Assembly (NCBI GenBank): GCA_965178125.1 | Contig: OZ237737.1 | Coordinates: 1,550,001-1,614,000, forward strand | Source of the DNA: Bilabrum cf. latius | Taxonomy: Eukaryota | Direction of reading: 5' to 3' | DNA length: 64,000 nucleotides | Shown: positions 61,301 to 64,000 of the stretch, in pieces | How positions within the stretch are numbered: position 1 is the stretch's first letter | Layout: every line of letters begins with the position of its first letter | Made by a program: the position numbers and the translations under genes | Notes under the pieces: generated by a model | Told to the model about the DNA's origin: nothing | Database searches by the model: none | What the model saw: only the letters and a program-made list of their open reading frames with translations

Positions 61301-64000
61301 GGGCGCGGCGCGAGAAGGATCCTCCCCGAAGCGGACTGTCCCGAGGCTCAGCATCAAGGCAGGCACAGGCGCGCAGCCGGCACAGCGCAGAGGCATGCGC
61401 GCCGTATCTGGGCGCGCATCGATCGCTATCGACGTAACAGCAGCGGACGTGACGCCGCAGGCTCGGGCACAGCTGGTTCGGCTGCTCCACGCGCACCTGT
61501 CGGCCCGCCCCGAGGAGGACGGCTCCTTCGGGTCCAGTGGGCCGGCCATGTGGAGCACGGGCGGGCCCGGCGACATCGAAGGAGACTCGATGCGCGGCGG
61601 GGGAGACCCCCTGGGTTCCTCTGGGTTCCTCTCGAGGGGCCCCGCTGCGCTGGAGGCGGCCAAAGAGGCGGCCACGACCAGGGAAGCGGCCATGGGGATC
61701 GGGCAAGCGCTGGGGCGGGGCACGCAGGGGAAGATCAGGCGAGAGGACGGGGGGTCGCTGGCTAGCGGGAGCCCAGGGCGGGGCGCCGATATGGAGACGG
61801 GCGAGGGCAGCGACGTCCCAGGTGGGCCCGAGGGAGGGGCTTCCCGCAGCAGCCTGGTGCAGACCATGGCCGAGGGATCGGAGCGGGTGGCTGCTCCCTC
61901 GGACCTGCTCCAGCACGGGAGCGCGATCCTGCAGCCGGTCAACAGGGTGAGGCCGCCCCCGGGCTCCGAGGTCGGGGCCAGGCCGCGAGTGATGGTGCGG
62001 CCGGGCCAGCAGAGGCGCGCATCCATCGCCCGCATGCAGCGCTCCACGCAGTCCAGGAGAGAGGCCGTGGCCAGGGCGGGAGGTTTGCAGGCGCTCGCTG
62101 CGGTGGCGCTCGGCTCCACTGGCCTGCTTCGCAAGGCCATCAACGCTGTGAGCCTGAACCGTGCCAGGCCCAAGCGGAGGGTGTACCGGGCCCCGGGAGT
62201 GGGGGTGCAGGACATGCCCGCGGTGGGCTCACCGGGCCGCATGTCGCCTGGCCGTTCGTCGTTTGCCGTGACAGGAGGCTCCCCGACCATCGGGCCCTCG
62301 GTGTCCGGTGCGGTGGGCAGGGCGCCTGCCCTGAGTCCCGGGCGGGGGGGCAGGCCCCACCGCCACTCGATGCACGACATGTCCGGCCTCAACCTGACGG
62401 CCGCGGCCATCCAGGCGCGGTCGGGGCAGGAGACCCAGCACTTGCTTGTAGCTGGCAGCAGCTCCAGCAGCACCGGCAACCAAGGGGCCAGGGAGCGGCC
62501 CGTCTCCGGTGCTGCCAGGGGCCGCCGGGTCCAGCCTGGCTTCGTGGCGGGCCCCGGCGCAGATGGCCCTGCCGGCGCCGCCCCGGAATCTCGCAGCCAG
62601 GGGGTGATGGTGAGCGAGTCCACGGTGGAGTACCTCAAGGGCCTCGAGGCGGTCGCGGGGGACGCGCTGGCCTGCGCCTCGAGGACGGAGAGCGTGCGGT
62701 CCTTCCTGGTGAGCCCGTCGGTGGAGAGGGACCTGGACAAAGCGTGGCAGCACGCCCGTATCACGCCGAGGGCAGAGTCCACCGGGGCTGCGGCGGCTGC
62801 GGCAACGGCTGGCGGCGCTAGGGGGACCTCTGTGGCTGGCCAGGACGGCCGTCCCGGCACTGCCGACAGCATCATTGACACGGGCAGGGGAGGCGCCTCG
62901 GACGGGAGCAAGCCGGTGGGCGTGGCCCGGATCGACCCCTCCATGGCCCCCGTGTGTGTCCGCGCGGCCATCACCCTGGTGCGCACAAGCCGGGTGGGCG
63001 TGCAGAGCAGCGGGGCAGAGATCTTGGCCAGCCTCTCCGAGCAGGACGACCACCGTGCAGTGTTGCTGCAGCTGCCCACCGTGCCGCTGCTGGCCAAGCT
63101 GGCTAGCAGGCCGGGTGTGCTGCCGCAGGTCAAGGCGTTCTGCGCCAGGACGCTGCAGCACTGCTCGGCGGACAAGAGGCTCCTTGCGGCGCCCCCTGCT
63201 GAGGATGGAAGCGGCAGTAGCGGTGCGGTCGCTGGAGCCGGGTCTGGAGGGGAGGAGGGCAGCAGCAGCCCGGGCTTCAAGGCCGGGTCGGATGGCGCGC
63301 AGGGTGGCGGCAGCAGCTCCTCAATGGGCGCGAGCATCGTGCAGAGCATCCTCATGCTGCTGCCCGCCGCTGATGACGCCGATGAGGCCGACCAGAACGG
63401 GGAGGGTGCTGGCGACGAGGAAGACGAGGACGAGGAGATAGACGATCTGGAGCAGATCGAGACCGGTCCTCTCATGGCAGGAGGCGGCGCTGGGACGCCC
63501 AATCCGGGCGATGACACGCCCGGCGGGACCTCGTACTCGCCCTCGCCCAAGCCGGCCGTGCAGCTGCCACCCGAGGTGCTGGCCAAGCACAGGCAGCTGT
63601 TCCGGCCGCAGATCGCGCAGCTCCACGTGCCGCAGAGGGGCTGGAGGGACAGCAGCGTGGAGCTGCCGGCAGTGTTCGGGGGCCGCGGACCAGACGAGTC
63701 ATCGCTGGACGAGTTTGCCCAGTGTGCGTCTGGCCTGCTGTACCCAGCCAGCGTGGTGACTCGTCTGGTGGAAGGTGTGGAGCTGATGGAGCCCGAGGGC
63801 GGCACCAGTTCTGCTGGCTCCAAGTAGGCCGGCGTGCTTGCAGAGTCGTCTGGGATCTTGGGAGACGGGGAGGAGGGTAAGCAGGCAAGCGGAGTCGAAG
63901 CCGAGCAGGGGCAGGGCGAGGGCAAGGAAGGGGACGAGGACGACGACCTGCTGAGCATCCCTGGCGGCAGCGATGCCGGACTCGGGGACGATGGTGGGGA
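52332..64000 (+). CDS. Giant armadillo-repeat protein (>3800 aa, runs off the right edge); intron 52622-52750; 8 in-frame TAG
   Basis: All large plus-strand ORFs (52902, 53628, 54837, 55116, 56094, 60126, 61227) share one frame and are separated only by TAG (52857, 53622, 54717, 55098, 55989, 60090, 61206, 63825). ARM-like segments include CALALAR, AMRNL, AAYNL and ALLNL. Confidence 0.82.

Noticed and set aside
64-63827. Pyrrolysine insertion, programmed leaky read-through, or micro-introns as the explanation for TAG
   Set aside because: I saw no shared downstream context or GT..AG mini-introns around the TAGs. There are up to 16 per gene, including tandem pairs, across unrelated proteins, and pyrrolysine is not known from eukaryotes.

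Overview
Gene-dense, GC-rich eukaryotic nuclear DNA from a flagellated protist. It carries IFT139, and has short GT(GAG)-AG introns and many head-to-head gene pairs; a stramenopile/bicosoecid-like origin is my inference only. The main signal is a non-standard nuclear genetic code. TAG is a sense codon, best read as Gln, while TAA and TGA remain stops. By manual count about 72 in-frame TAGs interrupt 18 of about 21 gene models. Reading through them joins the fragmented ORF track into complete proteins: IFT139, HemK, a GH93-like glycosidase, a PAQR protein, a CABLES-like cyclin, a two-pore-domain channel, DnaJ, a TRAPPC12-like protein, DAD1, an FHA-RING-PHD protein, two giant ARM-repeat proteins, purple acid phosphatase, NRAMP, peroxiredoxin-5 and RecQ. 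All 19 models whose 3' end is in the window stop at TGA (16) or TAA (3). I saw no tRNA, rRNA, CRISPR array or mobile element. Family assignments come from motif recognition from memory, not from database searches.
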